DNA from: Candidatus Heimdallarchaeota archaeon
GTDB taxonomy: Archaea > Asgardarchaeota > Heimdallarchaeia > Hodarchaeales > Hodarchaeaceae
NCBI GenBank assembly: GCA_020353515.1
Contig: CP070695.1
Span: 409,173 to 473,172 of the forward strand
Direction of reading: 5' to 3'
DNA length: 64,000 nucleotides
The position numbers and the translations under genes were made by a program. Below are positions 31,321-41,461 of this stretch, piece by piece. Below the pieces are notes generated by a model, which was not told where the DNA came from, did not search any database, and saw nothing but the letters and a program-made list of their open reading frames with translations. Every line of letters begins with the position of its first letter. Position 1 is the first letter of the stretch.

Positions 31321-34300
31321 TCATCTTTCCTTTTTTCTTCTGAAACCAACGATCAGTAGAGTGAATAAGAGAATAATAGGTCCTGTGGTAAAAGAACTCG
31401 GATGATCAGTGATTGTTGTTTCTTGACCAATAATAGTAAATGGTTCATCAGAAATATCGAAGGTTGATAATCCGTCGGAATTGGTGGCAATAATTTTGAT
31501 TAGATACTCGGTACTCGATCGAAGACTAGAATTGAACCAATCATATTTCATTTCTTCTATGTTATCTATCATTAGATACCACGAAATTCCCAAATCAGGT
31601 GAATAGTAAATCGAATATTTTACAGGATGTAACAGATCTACGTATCTCTCTACTGCAGGCGCCCAAGAAATCGTAATTGTCTCATATGAATAAAATATTT
31701 CCCTTCCATTAGGAATAATCACTCGAGGGAGTGTGAGAGTCATATTAGTTGGAGATGAGAGTGGAAAATAATCCTTACTATTAGCAAATCCGCTTATTGA
31801 GTACGGTTCATCTACAAAGGTATCATTATCTTCATCGGGAGAAACCCAATCATTCCAATAATTGTAAAGGAAAAAATTTCCATAGTAAGTATTGTCAATG
31901 GCTTGGGATTGATCTCCTCCATTAGAAATGAAGTTATTGAAAGATATCATATTATCTGCAGAGGTTTCATCCAACCACATTCCGCATTCTTCATTTTCAA
32001 GAATGGAACAGCCTACAATTGTATTATCTGTTCCATCAGATATAAAGAATCCTATCCCATTTTGTTGTGAAATACAGTTTTCAATTGTATTGAGGGAACC
32101 AGGAACTGAAAATCCTATATATCCACCACCAGTTGCATTATTGTTTAGTACCTGATTTCTCATTCCACCTATTGTAAATAATGGAGGAGTACCACGAGGA
32201 TATAATTCCCATGCTTGGAAGAGAACTGAATTTGATTGAATAATTGAATAATTGCAGGAAAGAAGGTAGATGTACCCGTCTCTTAAATTGTTATTTAATA
32301 CTTTATCATTTAGATTGTAAAATAACCCAATCCCTCCATTGGAAAAATCATTATTTATAATCAAGTTACTGGTGCTGGATCCTATGAGTATTTCACTATT
32401 ATTAAAAACACTATTTTTAATTTCAATTGATTGACATCCATGAAGATATATCCGCGATGATTCAAAATGTTGATTCGAAATATCTATATCACTACAATTA
32501 ATCAAGATAACTTGGCCTGTATCTGTTGGAATTGTTATATCATCAACATTCTTCAGAAGAAGAATTTTTTTTCCATTTATGGTATTATTTTCTATTTCTT
32601 CTTGGTTAAATTCTTCAGGAAATGAAATTCCTTGTAGAGAATAATGATGAAATTCCCAATAGAAATGCGGAGGAAAGCTTTCAATTACATGGCTTTTGAA
32701 AGTCAATCCTCGATCTGTTAAAACATTTCTATTTATAGTATTCATTGGTTTTAAGATCGTTATAGACTGTACCAGATTATCGGTAATTCTGGAATAATTA
32801 GACAAAATGTAGATTATACCATCAACTTTATTGTTTATAATGTGGTTATTACAACCACTCAATGTAATATCACCATCAACTTCATTGTTTATAATCTGGT
32901 TATCATAACCATTCAATTGAAATGAATCAAGAAAAGTATTATTTCCAATGATATTATAACTAGTTTGATCATGAGAGAATAAAAAATTGATGGAATTATT
33001 ATTTACCTTATTACTTGTACTTTCTTTGAAAAAATTAATATGAATTGCAGAATTGTTATAGATGCTATTATTCTGTGATGATTCAAAAAGAACATAGATT
33101 CCTGTGTTATTCTTTACCTGAATATTGTCAGACTTTCTAAAAGTAACATCTGGACAATAATTCGGATGGTCGGTATACCAAGGAATGTCGTCACTGTCTT
33201 TGAAATTTACGATTTTCTTATCACTTGAACAATTCTGAATGGTAAGATTAGAACAGTAGTATCCAAATATGTCTCCATTGATGGTTCCATTTTCATTAAA
33301 GAAATCAATCTCCCTTACATTATTTTCTGAAAAATGTGTGTTTTGAATTGTGACTAAACTGGAATTAATTAAGAAAAAATCGCCATAATCTTCATCAGGA
33401 GATAAAGAAATAGAGCTATTGAAAAGGTTCTGTTTGAAAACAATTGGTTTTCCACCTCTACTATTATTAACTACTTCATATTGGATAAAATCCTCAACCG
33501 TGTCTCCAGTTATTTTCATATGGGCAATTCTAGCTGCTGAATATTCTTCATAATTCCCAGAAGGTGGTTCAGGCTTCTCTAGATGATTTAATATGAGAGA
33601 ATTATTCCTACTATTGAATAATTCAATGTCATAAACTGTATTATTGTATAAATAATTAGTATTACTTTCAGACAGAAATAAACTTGCATGATTATCAATT
33701 ATTGCATTATAATGACTATTTCGTAAATCAACACCTGAATTTCGTCTAATCCACCCACCAAAGTTAATCCAACTAAAAGCTTCAACAGCAGTGGTTATAT
33801 TGTTATTAGAAATAACATTTCTCTGACAGTTTTCTAATCTTATTTCACCGTCTTCTGAACCCCAGTAGCCTTCTAGAACAATATTATTAATCTCACAATT
33901 TTGAACATTTTTCAATATAATAAAAGATTCTATATAAGTCCCATATGGAAAAGGATTGACATCCCTATACCGACTGATTTTTGAGTCTTTAAAGTGCAAA
34001 TGAAGATCTGTATTCGAAATTGATAGCCCAGGGAAACTGCGGTTATAAACAGTGATATCCTCATTCTCAATTACATACGGATTCGTTTTACTCCCATCAC
34101 CTGGCCAAGAATTTAGACTTGCTTGGGATATGAGATCAGCATTACCATCGATAAAAATGGATTCATTAGGGGTAAAGACTGGATCTTCATCAAGTATCGA
34201 GTAGCTGGAGTGGACTTTCCAAGCTTTTTCTTCATTTTCGGTAAATCTGTTAATTGGAAATGAAGATAATATACCTAAACTAAGTATCATAAGAAAAAAT

Positions 34301-34323
34301 ATTAGTAATCCAGTTTTTTTCAT
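31321..34323 (-). CDS. Large surface protein with NosD/parallel beta-helix repeats, Ig/FN3-like domain and C-terminal anchor
   Basis: Signal peptide; WPGDGSKTNPYVIEN; many Asn-rich N-x-I-x-N-N repeats; NYWNDW..PYSI..DYFPL; PNGREIF..ITISW; PSSF, TM, RRKKER. Confidence 0.85.
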   Translation of the reverse strand: MKKTGLLIFFLMILSLGILSSFPINRFTENEEKAWKVHSSYSILDEDPVFTPNESIFIDGNADLISQASLNSWPGDGSKTNPYVIENEDITVYNRSFPGLSISNTDLHLHFKDSKISRYRDVNPFPYGTYIESFIILKNVQNCEINNIVLEGYWGSEDGEIRLENCQRNVISNNNITTAVEAFSWINFGGWIRRNSGVDLRNSHYNAIIDNHASLFLSESNTNYLYNNTVYDIELFNSRNNSLILNHLEKPEPPSGNYEEYSAARIAHMKITGDTVEDFIQYEVVNNSRGGKPIVFKQNLFNSSISLSPDEDYGDFFLINSSLVTIQNTHFSENNVREIDFFNENGTINGDIFGYYCSNLTIQNCSSDKKIVNFKDSDDIPWYTDHPNYCPDVTFRKSDNIQVKNNTGIYVLFESSQNNSIYNNSAIHINFFKESTSNKVNNNSINFLFSHDQTSYNIIGNNTFLDSFQLNGYDNQIINNEVDGDITLSGCNNHIINNKVDGIIYILSNYSRITDNLVQSITILKPMNTINRNVLTDRGLTFKSHVIESFPPHFYWEFHHYSLQGISFPEEFNQEEIENNTINGKKILLLKNVDDITIPTDTGQVILINCSDIDISNQHFESSRIYLHGCQSIEIKNSVFNNSEILIGSSTSNLIINNDFSNGGIGLFYNLNDKVLNNNLRDGYIYLLSCNYSIIQSNSVLFQAWELYPRGTPPLFTIGGMRNQVLNNNATGGGYIGFSVPGSLNTIENCISQQNGIGFFISDGTDNTIVGCSILENEECGMWLDETSADNMISFNNFISNGGDQSQAIDNTYYGNFFLYNYWNDWVSPDEDNDTFVDEPYSISGFANSKDYFPLSSPTNMTLTLPRVIIPNGREIFYSYETITISWAPAVERYVDLLHPVKYSIYYSPDLGISWYLMIDNIEEMKYDWFNSSLRSSTEYLIKIIATNSDGLSTFDISDEPFTIIGQETTITDHPSSFTTGPIILLFTLLIVGFRRKKER

Positions 34324-34445
34324 ATAATCATCTTCCTCAGATATCTGTGATTTATTAATGTTGCTTTAGATTGTCTCTGTTTATTTCGAGAATCTGGAAT
34401 GCAAGTAAAGCTCTCCAGAAATCTATAAATTCAAAAAAATAGTAT

Positions 34446-34493
34446 TTGTTACAACTTAAGTGTTAATTGTTGATTCAAAGTGTTATCACTGTT
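34446..34493 (-). promoter_or_regulatory. 48-bp upstream element, copy 2
   Basis: TTGTTACAACTTAAGTGTTAATTGTTGATTCAAAGTGTTATCACTGTT, same orientation as copy 1, upstream of the beta-helix gene. Confidence 0.85.
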
Positions 34494-34534
34494 TTATGCC
34501 GATGATTTGATGTTCTTTTGGTATTGATGTTATA

Positions 34535-34553
34535 ATTGTCCAATTTGGACAAT
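34535..34553. promoter_or_regulatory. Perfect inverted repeat, candidate operator
   Basis: ATTGTCCA-ATT-TGGACAAT in the divergent intergenic region. Confidence 0.4.
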
Positions 34554-34808
34554 CCTATTATTCATTTCTTAAGGAGTATGACACTAATCTTACCTGTTCT
34601 CTAAAAATTCGTATCTAATTTCATCTTTGTCTAATAAATGTTTCATTCTCTTTAAAAAAAAGAGAAAACGGCCTTCATGTTTTAGCTAAGCTATAGTATA
34701 AAACCTTAATAATACCAACTACACCAGCAAAATAGTAAAGCACAATAGTACCTTCTTTTAGGGAGTAAAGGAAGTTGAAGCGAGTATTTATGTCATTGGA
34801 GTTACTTC

Positions 34809-36464
34809 GTGATGTCTGAAGAACTACAAACCCTTTTTGAGACTGGAAAGTACCAAGAGGTCTTAGACCAGTTCACACAGAAAGAAGACCAAAACGAATG
34901 GGGTGCCTTATCCGAAGAGGAACAAATAGCATGTATTTATTACAAAAGTCGCTCTTTGGAAGGGGTGGGGAGGTACGAAGAAGCCCTTCAAACCGCTACA
35001 ATGGCACGCGCAACCTATCCATCTCCCAAGAATCCAAGTTATCTCCTGGCCTTACTAGCAGCTCAATTTCATATTTTTTATATTATAGGCCAATCGCGGC
35101 TAGAACAGGCTCAATCGGTCTTGGCGGAAGGAGAAGCCATTATGGAAACCCTAACGGATACAGAACGTCAGATTGGGGCGATTTGGATAGCTGTATTTGA
35201 ACACGTAAAAGGTCTTCATTATTACGCTAAGAATGAGTTAGACATGTCCTTAAAGCATTATCACAAAGCATTAAAATCATTTGAGGCCCTAAACAATCGC
35301 CATGGTATCGCTTCATGCCTTTTTTGGAAAGCCTATTCACACACCTTTAAAGGCGAACCAGACACTGCGTTGGAGTACTATCAACGGAGTTTATCCCTTT
35401 ACGAGGCGTTAGGTAACAAACGAGGAATTGGGGAATGCCTCCACGATATTGGTCTTGTGAATGCTGGTCGAGGTGAGTCAGACACGGCGTTAGAATACTT
35501 TCAACGGAGTCTAAGCCTCAGCGAGGCGAGTGGCAATCCTGAGTACATTTTCTTCGGATTAACCCATATTGGTTTAATATACTCTCATAAAGGCGATCCT
35601 GATAAAGCATTAGATTTTTTTCGACAGAGTCTGGCCGTAGCGGAGCCGCTAGGAGTCGATTGGATGATTGCTTACAACTTTAACTTCATTGGGATGGCTT
35701 ATCACCAAAAAAGTGCGTTGGATATCGCGTTACCGTTTTTTCAAAGTAGTTTAGCAAAGTATGAGACAACAAAATCGGATTATAATGTAGTACGTGTATT
35801 ATTTCGTCTCGTTCTTCTGAATTTAGACCAAAAGGAGCTTGAACATGCCCAAAAGTATCTGATTAAGCTACAAAAAGTTGCTGCTCATATTCCTGAGGAA
35901 GCACAAGGTGCCCATCTTCGAAAAAGTATAGCTGAAGCGCTGGTCTTAAAGCAGAATCCACGTATGACCGAAAAAGTTCGTGCTCAAGCATTGTTAAGGC
36001 AAATTGTGAGTGAAGTAGAGATGCATGCATTTACTATGATTGCAATAGTCGCTCTCTGTGATCTCTTACTTCTTGAACTGAAGGCCACTGGTGAACAAGA
36101 GGTGTGGGAAGAAGCGAAAACACTTATTCACCAATTCCATACCAAAGCACAAGATTCTCAAGACTTCAATATGGTTGTCAACGCTTTACTCCTAAGAGCG
36201 AAGTTTGCAACTGTAGAAGGAGAGCTAGATCAAACTCAAGAATACCTCACTCAAGCTAGGATGATTATTAAAGAAAAAAATCTTAATCAATTGATGAAGA
36301 AGGTGGAAATAGAGCAGAACGAACTCGAAAATGATTTCCACAAATGGCAGGACTTGATCCAGCAACATACTTCTCTCCAGGAACGCTTAATCCACGCTCA
36401 GCTTACAGAATATCTCCAAGAAGCTCAGAGAATTGTGCAGCGAAGCCCCCTGAAGGATGATTAA
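34809..36464 (+). CDS. Tetratricopeptide-repeat protein
   Basis: About five 40-aa units (KGEPDTALEYYQRSL, RGESDTALEYFQRSL, KGDPDKALDFFRQSL); helical C-terminus shared with 47726..49312. Confidence 0.88.
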   Translation: MMSEELQTLFETGKYQEVLDQFTQKEDQNEWGALSEEEQIACIYYKSRSLEGVGRYEEALQTATMARATYPSPKNPSYLLALLAAQFHIFYIIGQSRLEQAQSVLAEGEAIMETLTDTERQIGAIWIAVFEHVKGLHYYAKNELDMSLKHYHKALKSFEALNNRHGIASCLFWKAYSHTFKGEPDTALEYYQRSLSLYEALGNKRGIGECLHDIGLVNAGRGESDTALEYFQRSLSLSEASGNPEYIFFGLTHIGLIYSHKGDPDKALDFFRQSLAVAEPLGVDWMIAYNFNFIGMAYHQKSALDIALPFFQSSLAKYETTKSDYNVVRVLFRLVLLNLDQKELEHAQKYLIKLQKVAAHIPEEAQGAHLRKSIAEALVLKQNPRMTEKVRAQALLRQIVSEVEMHAFTMIAIVALCDLLLLELKATGEQEVWEEAKTLIHQFHTKAQDSQDFNMVVNALLLRAKFATVEGELDQTQEYLTQARMIIKEKNLNQLMKKVEIEQNELENDFHKWQDLIQQHTSLQERLIHAQLTEYLQEAQRIVQRSPLKDD

Positions 36465-36510
36465 TCATTTTTAAGTAAAAACTACTATCCCAGATATGAA
36501 TTCCTAAATC

Positions 36511-36533
36511 AAAAAAAAAGAAGAAAGGGGAGA
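36511..36533 (-). terminator. Pyrimidine/oligo-T terminator
   Basis: Minus strand TCTCCCCTTTCTTCTTTTTTTTT after the 36543 stop, between convergent genes. Confidence 0.55.
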
Positions 36534-36542
36534 TTAGCTAGA

Positions 36543-37463
36543 TTAATTGCTACCAACAGAGAACTCCTTAACAGCAGAACGAACTTCAAGGTTTCCATAG
36601 ATACTCTCAACTTCAATATCTACAACATAAAATCCATTAGCTAAAATTCCAAAGTCTGCAGTAAATACTCCACTTTGTTCATTAAGTTCAAAGGAATCAA
36701 TCAGTGTTTTCTCATCAGAAGCAAAGGAAGAAAGGTTAATACTCATTCTCCTAACAATGTGTTTGTCTGAAGACTCGACTCGTATGGCATAATTCCAACC
36801 TTGTTCTTCCTTTTCAAACGAAATATCTACTGTAAGATTATAGGAATACCCCATAGCATTCGCAATAGCATAGGAGAATTCTTCGTAGTTTGGAGAAGTC
36901 GCAGTAATAATATTCCCATCAGTAACTACAGATGCTCCATCGATATAGATCCCACCTGCTGTTGTAAGATTAGCAACAATAGAGCTATGGCTGGTGAATT
37001 TTTTCCCGTTGATTAAATCCGCCTGGAGAAGTGTTCCATTACCTATTCCTGCAATTACCAAGCCGAGATCGTTTGCATCAGTTAGAAGACGTCCTATATT
37101 CTGATTTGAATAAAGAGTTGAAGCAAACTCTCCCCCAGGGATAATTATTGCATCAATGAGAGCTATCTCATGAATATCAGAAATAAGGATATCCGTTGTG
37201 ATCGTACCTTCAGTGGTCGAATGGTTTTCAGATAATCCTGCAACAATCACACTTCCCTGCCAGTCATCGAAATATTCCTTCACGCCTTGAAAATCACTTT
37301 CAGAGTACCCATCAGCAACAAAGAAGACAATATCCGCTCCTCTGATAGACATCCCTTGATTGTAAGCGGAGCGCATTTCGCTGAAGTAAAAGAAAAAGAT
37401 TAATTGAGCAAAGAAGGTTAAAGTAAAAAAGCCAACTAAGATGATTCTTAACTTTTTATTCAT
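36543..37463 (-). CDS. Membrane-anchored DJ-1/PfpI-fold protein lacking the catalytic Cys
   Basis: N-terminal TM; DAIIIPGG, IAGIGNG (canonical AICxG), GKKFT, VVTDGNIITA; C-terminal beta domain. Confidence 0.8.
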   Translation of the reverse strand: MNKKLRIILVGFFTLTFFAQLIFFFYFSEMRSAYNQGMSIRGADIVFFVADGYSESDFQGVKEYFDDWQGSVIVAGLSENHSTTEGTITTDILISDIHEIALIDAIIIPGGEFASTLYSNQNIGRLLTDANDLGLVIAGIGNGTLLQADLINGKKFTSHSSIVANLTTAGGIYIDGASVVTDGNIITATSPNYEEFSYAIANAMGYSYNLTVDISFEKEEQGWNYAIRVESSDKHIVRRMSINLSSFASDEKTLIDSFELNEQSGVFTADFGILANGFYVVDIEVESIYGNLEVRSAVKEFSVGSN

Positions 37464-37504
37464 AAAATTTCACCATTTTTTGTAAAAAAAGAGAAGAGGG
37501 GGAT

Positions 37505-39121
37505 CTACTCCATGTTACTGAGTTTTCTTGCTCCAACCGATAAGATAACCATTCCTATGATTAACTGTAAAGCACTATAGATTACTGCCACAGGATAGAG
37601 AGCATCAGCGATAGCAAATAGATCCCAAAGAATCTGATCCAGGGAGATTAACAAGACAAATAATGGAATGATAACTCCAAACACACAGATCTGGATATTG
37701 ATCATAAATTCACCACTCTTATCATGAAATGCGGGATTTACTAGAAACAGACCGATAGTGAAGATTATAGCTGCTGAAGCAATGATAAGAGTCAAGGTAA
37801 CATTAAGAAGGAGTGTTTCCAAGGTTATGTCAGGAACAAGTAAGTTCACTGTGGTTTCAACAACTAGAACAATTGGGAGAATAGTTACAAGATATTGAAA
37901 TAGCTTCATTCTTAGGTATCTGCTTGTACTTGTCGGAGTCTGTTTATAGAGTAGCAAGTTTTCTTTTCCCTGAAGACTGATGTCGGAGGTTACAAACGCT
38001 GCCAAGAGAGGCCCTATGAATAAAGACATAATAAAAGCACTCTCAGGTTCATCAGGTTGAGCCAGAAAGACATTCATTACTAAAATTAAGCCGACACCAT
38101 AAATTATCCAGGCAACATTCTTTGCTTTACGGAAGTAAGTCTTGAATCCTGTAGCCAAAAGAAGACCTGATGATCCACCACCACCAAGCTTTCTGATGGA
38201 ATTATAGAACAAACTATTAGGATTAGAGGTAGCTGCAGAAAAGGAGGTTGGTTCAAGGTTGTATACACGATTCGCTAAAAACCCACCAATTAAGAGAGAG
38301 CCGCCCAAGAAAGCTAGTAAGGCACTGAACTGCAGGATCGTTGAGAACTCAGTAAGTAAGATATCTCCAGGGTTTTGTGCGAACGCAACAATGATTTCTG
38401 AACCCCATCCCCAGGGAAAGAACGCAAAAAGATCCTTTACAAGTTTAGCATTTTGAGGGTCTTTAAGGACCTCATAATACCCACCTATCAATAGATATAT
38501 GACAGCGATTAACGGTAGGATCACTATTATTGCTAATCCTTTTCCAATGTCTCTTCCTCGAGCTGATTTCATGAGAACTGATCGTAGGAGAACAGCTATC
38601 ATTGTTCCTACCCAAGTGGCGGATAAAAAGATAATTATGAAAACAGTTACGATAATAAAAATTTGAAAGATGTCTAAACCAAGTGGGAAGAGCGCTGCAG
38701 TAAAGGTTCCCCCAATGATAGCTGCAAATACTGCATAAAAGGGGATTTTCCCTAGGAATTCACCAATCAAAATGTCGCTCGGTTGAACTGGGGATGAAAG
38801 ATAGATCTCTAAGTGTTCGGTTTTAATGTCGGCGATAGTCGAGGATATTGGAAAAGAAGCAAACATGACAAATAATACGAAAAAGAGGACATTAATGATA
38901 GCTACTGCTACTGCGCTTAGTAATAATTCATGTAATTCATCAACAAATGCGTCGATAATGGAGGGGGCAATGAATAGTGTATAGATTGTTAATCCCCCAA
39001 TTAAAAGATAAGGGAGGTAGGATCGAATCTCACGAATTCGACTGGTTGTCACACGATATTCTGTCTTTGCTATTGATAACCAGGTAGGGTTTCGAAGAGA
39101 AATCAACTGTGGTTCCTCCAA
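37505..39121 (-). CDS. ABC exporter permease (12-TM duplicated ABC-2 type)
   Basis: EHLEIYLSSPVQPSDILIGEFLGK and ENLLLYKQTP signatures; overlaps the ATPase gene. Confidence 0.8.
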   Translation of the reverse strand: MEEPQLISLRNPTWLSIAKTEYRVTTSRIREIRSYLPYLLIGGLTIYTLFIAPSIIDAFVDELHELLLSAVAVAIINVLFFVLFVMFASFPISSTIADIKTEHLEIYLSSPVQPSDILIGEFLGKIPFYAVFAAIIGGTFTAALFPLGLDIFQIFIIVTVFIIIFLSATWVGTMIAVLLRSVLMKSARGRDIGKGLAIIVILPLIAVIYLLIGGYYEVLKDPQNAKLVKDLFAFFPWGWGSEIIVAFAQNPGDILLTEFSTILQFSALLAFLGGSLLIGGFLANRVYNLEPTSFSAATSNPNSLFYNSIRKLGGGGSSGLLLATGFKTYFRKAKNVAWIIYGVGLILVMNVFLAQPDEPESAFIMSLFIGPLLAAFVTSDISLQGKENLLLYKQTPTSTSRYLRMKLFQYLVTILPIVLVVETTVNLLVPDITLETLLLNVTLTLIIASAAIIFTIGLFLVNPAFHDKSGEFMINIQICVFGVIIPLFVLLISLDQILWDLFAIADALYPVAVIYSALQLIIGMVILSVGARKLSNME

Positions 39122-39912
39122 GCTAGGAGCTCTTTTTCATCAACCCCACCAGTTAAGGTGATAAAGGCTTCTTCTAATGTTTTAGTCCCTGCTTGAGTAA
39201 TGATCTCATCAATTGTGCCCACTGCAACAAGCCTACCTTGGTTAATTATACCGATTCGATCACAAAGCTCCTCTACTAGGGGAAGAATATGGCTACATAC
39301 AACAATAGTCCTTCCTAGTTGATCTGCTAAGCCTTTTATCAAATCTTTAACCATATGAGCTGCTCGGGGATCCAGAGCTGCTGTAGGTTCATCGAAGTAG
39401 ATGATTGTAGGATCATGGATTAACGCCGCGGCAATTAATACCTTTTGCTTCATTCCTGAACTGAACCCTTCAAGGAGATGATCCTTTCTATCAGTCAGAC
39501 CGAATAGCTTTAGAAGTTCCTCAATACGTTCTTTCAAGATTGTCCCTTTGATGTTGTAGAGGGCTCCTATGAATTCGAGAAACTCGTATGCACTTAGCTT
39601 TTCATATAGTCCAGGTGACTCTGCTAATAGACCCGTGATGGTTTTAACCTGTGTGGAGTCTTTAGAAATGTCATGGCCATTCACATCAGCAGTACCACTG
39701 GTTGGTTTCAGAATACAGTTCAAGAGGCGAACAGTAGTGGTTTTTCCCGCACCATTAGGACCCAGAAGGCCAAAAGTCTCACCCTCATAAATTTCAAGAT
39801 TAAGCTCATCAACAGCTTTGATATCTTTCCCATAATACTTTGAAAGGTTATCCGTACGGATAAGAACCTTTTTTCTTTGTTTTGTTTCTGTTATAATTTC
39901 TTGTATTTGCAT
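39103..39912 (-). CDS. ABC transporter ATP-binding protein
   Basis: GPNGAGKTT, FSSGMKQK, YFDEPT, CSH. Confidence 0.95.
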   Translation of the reverse strand: MQIQEIITETKQRKKVLIRTDNLSKYYGKDIKAVDELNLEIYEGETFGLLGPNGAGKTTTVRLLNCILKPTSGTADVNGHDISKDSTQVKTITGLLAESPGLYEKLSAYEFLEFIGALYNIKGTILKERIEELLKLFGLTDRKDHLLEGFSSGMKQKVLIAAALIHDPTIIYFDEPTAALDPRAAHMVKDLIKGLADQLGRTIVVCSHILPLVEELCDRIGIINQGRLVAVGTIDEIITQAGTKTLEEAFITLTGGVDEKELLAWRNHS

Positions 39913-39934
39913 CTTTTACACCCTTAATTTGATT

Positions 39935-40393
39935 TTAATTTATCCTCCATCCACAGGAAGCACAGAATCGATCATCAGATTCTAAGCTATTTCCGCAATT
40001 TGTACAGAAAAATGAGGACGACTTAGGTTTTGGTTCCCAATATTGGTCATCATTTCTGGAATAGAATGGCTTTGGTCTAGGCTTTGCATGATAGGAAGTT
40101 CTGTCTCTCTCATATCTATTAGAAGAGTCATCAAGTGTTTCACTTTCATCCAAAGTTTCAGTGAAACCAGCTGCGACTAATACAATTACTCCAATCATGA
40201 TGATAAACATGAATATTAACGGGAAAATTGTCATTGAAATGTCACCATGCATTCCGAGGATTATTAATAGAGGTACAAACAGTCCTATTACGAGGCTGAA
40301 GATAGTAATCAAGAACACAAATTTACTGGGTTTTTTGCGCCTTCTTCCATCTTGAGCACAAGCTGCAGCGGCGACTCCACCTATCCAAGCCAT
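39935..40393 (-). CDS. Two-TM membrane protein with C-terminal zinc ribbon
   Basis: Two TMs; FCTNCGNSLESDDRFCASCG. Confidence 0.8.
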   Translation of the reverse strand: MAWIGGVAAAACAQDGRRRKKPSKFVFLITIFSLVIGLFVPLLIILGMHGDISMTIFPLIFMFIIMIGVIVLVAAGFTETLDESETLDDSSNRYERDRTSYHAKPRPKPFYSRNDDQYWEPKPKSSSFFCTNCGNSLESDDRFCASCGWRIN

Positions 40394-40593
40394 TATGCTA
40401 GTCCTCCTTGATTCGAAATCTTCTTAAATTGTACTACAGAGGTGGCTAAGAACACCAATCCTAGTATAAAAAACACTGGATTAGTGGCTCCTAAACAGAG
40501 CCAAATAATTCCTAAAGCACGAAGAGCTTGAATCTGATCAAGGTTTTCTTCCTTTTTCATTTGATTTTTTTCGTTTATTTCTTGATTAAGCAA
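40393..40593 (-). CDS. Small two-TM membrane protein
   Basis: TTG start with GGAG RBS; TAATG stop/start overlap with the zinc-ribbon gene. Confidence 0.65.
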   Translation of the reverse strand: MLNQEINEKNQMKKEENLDQIQALRALGIIWLCLGATNPVFFILGLVFLATSVVQFKKISNQGGLA

Positions 40594-40639
40594 TTTTTCT
40601 GCTCCTTTTTGAACTTCGGTGATTGGATTGGTTTTCGCA

Positions 40640-40685
40640 ATTACCGAATTTGTTCATTACTAAAAATGGTAATTACCTTTATAAA
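40640..40685 (-). promoter_or_regulatory. TATA box plus GTAAT-repeat operator of the ABC operon
   Basis: Minus strand TTTATAAA, then GGTAATTACC palindrome and TTTTAGTAATGAA-N7-GGTAAT; three GTAAT at 16-bp period. Confidence 0.65.
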
Positions 40686-40825
40686 TGCATTGTTTTAGGA
40701 AAAACACATCAGTAAACTACCAAAAAAAAATTATACTATCTGAAATAAAAGTCAATTAAAAGGTCAATATCTTTATATGAGAATGTAAATGCTTTATTTG
40801 TGAAGAACACTTAGCCCTGTCGAAA

Positions 40826-40878
40826 CGAAAAGTTTAAAAGAATAGTCACTAATTTTAGTAATGAATAATTAAGGTAAT
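40826..40878 (+). promoter_or_regulatory. BRE/TATA plus matching operator of the regulator-bPH_2 operon
   Basis: CGAAAAG-TTTAAAAG, then 12 nt later TTTTAGTAATGAA-N7-GGTAAT (22/26 identical to the inverted copy at 40640-40665). Confidence 0.65.
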
Positions 40879-41461
40879 GGAAAGTCGAAAAGTGACTCCT
40901 TTGTTATCAGATTCAGAGAATGTGGTCATAAGAGAACTTTTCAAGACCCCCAAAGTTGAGATTGAAGTCATCAAAGATGTTTTAATTAAAGAGAGGAGAG
41001 AGTGGGAGCGTATAGTGGAGGATGGACGCTTACAAAAGGAAGTTGATGTACGCTCAATATCTAAATTTAAATCTCTAGCCTTAAAAAAGATCAAAAAAGC
41101 ACTTACGGAGTTCTCAGATAACTTCAGGTTAGATAGGTCAGTTCAGGGCCGCACGAAACAAGAACGCGAAGAAGATGAAAAAAAGATAAATATCCTCCTA
41201 AAAAATGGCGTTCTAATTGGGTATGACTTTCGAGATGATAGACCAGTCTATCTATTTTATAACATAAATAAACGTGCTATAATCCCATGGCAGGATCATT
41301 CTTGTCATGAAAATTGCCAGGAACAATGTTTTTCCATTCTTACAACATTTAGAAACGAGCATGGTCTTGATGACCCAAATCAAAATATTCCCATTCGAAA
41401 GCAATTTGAAGCTAGTATAGAGGAAATCATCAAGAAAAATAAGGATCGAAAAGAAGAATGA
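40877..41461 (+). CDS. Putative regulator with His/Cys cluster, paralog of 8286..8771
   Basis: LSDSENVVIREL start; FRLD, GVLIGYD, VYLFY, WQDHSCHENCQEQC align with LRLD, GLLVSYD, VYIIF, WYEHHCSDKCQPDC. Confidence 0.7.
   Translation: MESRKVTPLLSDSENVVIRELFKTPKVEIEVIKDVLIKERREWERIVEDGRLQKEVDVRSISKFKSLALKKIKKALTEFSDNFRLDRSVQGRTKQEREEDEKKINILLKNGVLIGYDFRDDRPVYLFYNINKRAIIPWQDHSCHENCQEQCFSILTTFRNEHGLDDPNQNIPIRKQFEASIEEIIKKNKDRKEE

Noticed and set aside
29655-34493. 48-bp direct repeats as att sites, IS ends or CRISPR repeats
   Set aside because: No integrase, transposase or cas genes; only two copies 4.8 kb apart, both in promoter position. A regulatory role fits better, though a duplication scar is not excluded.
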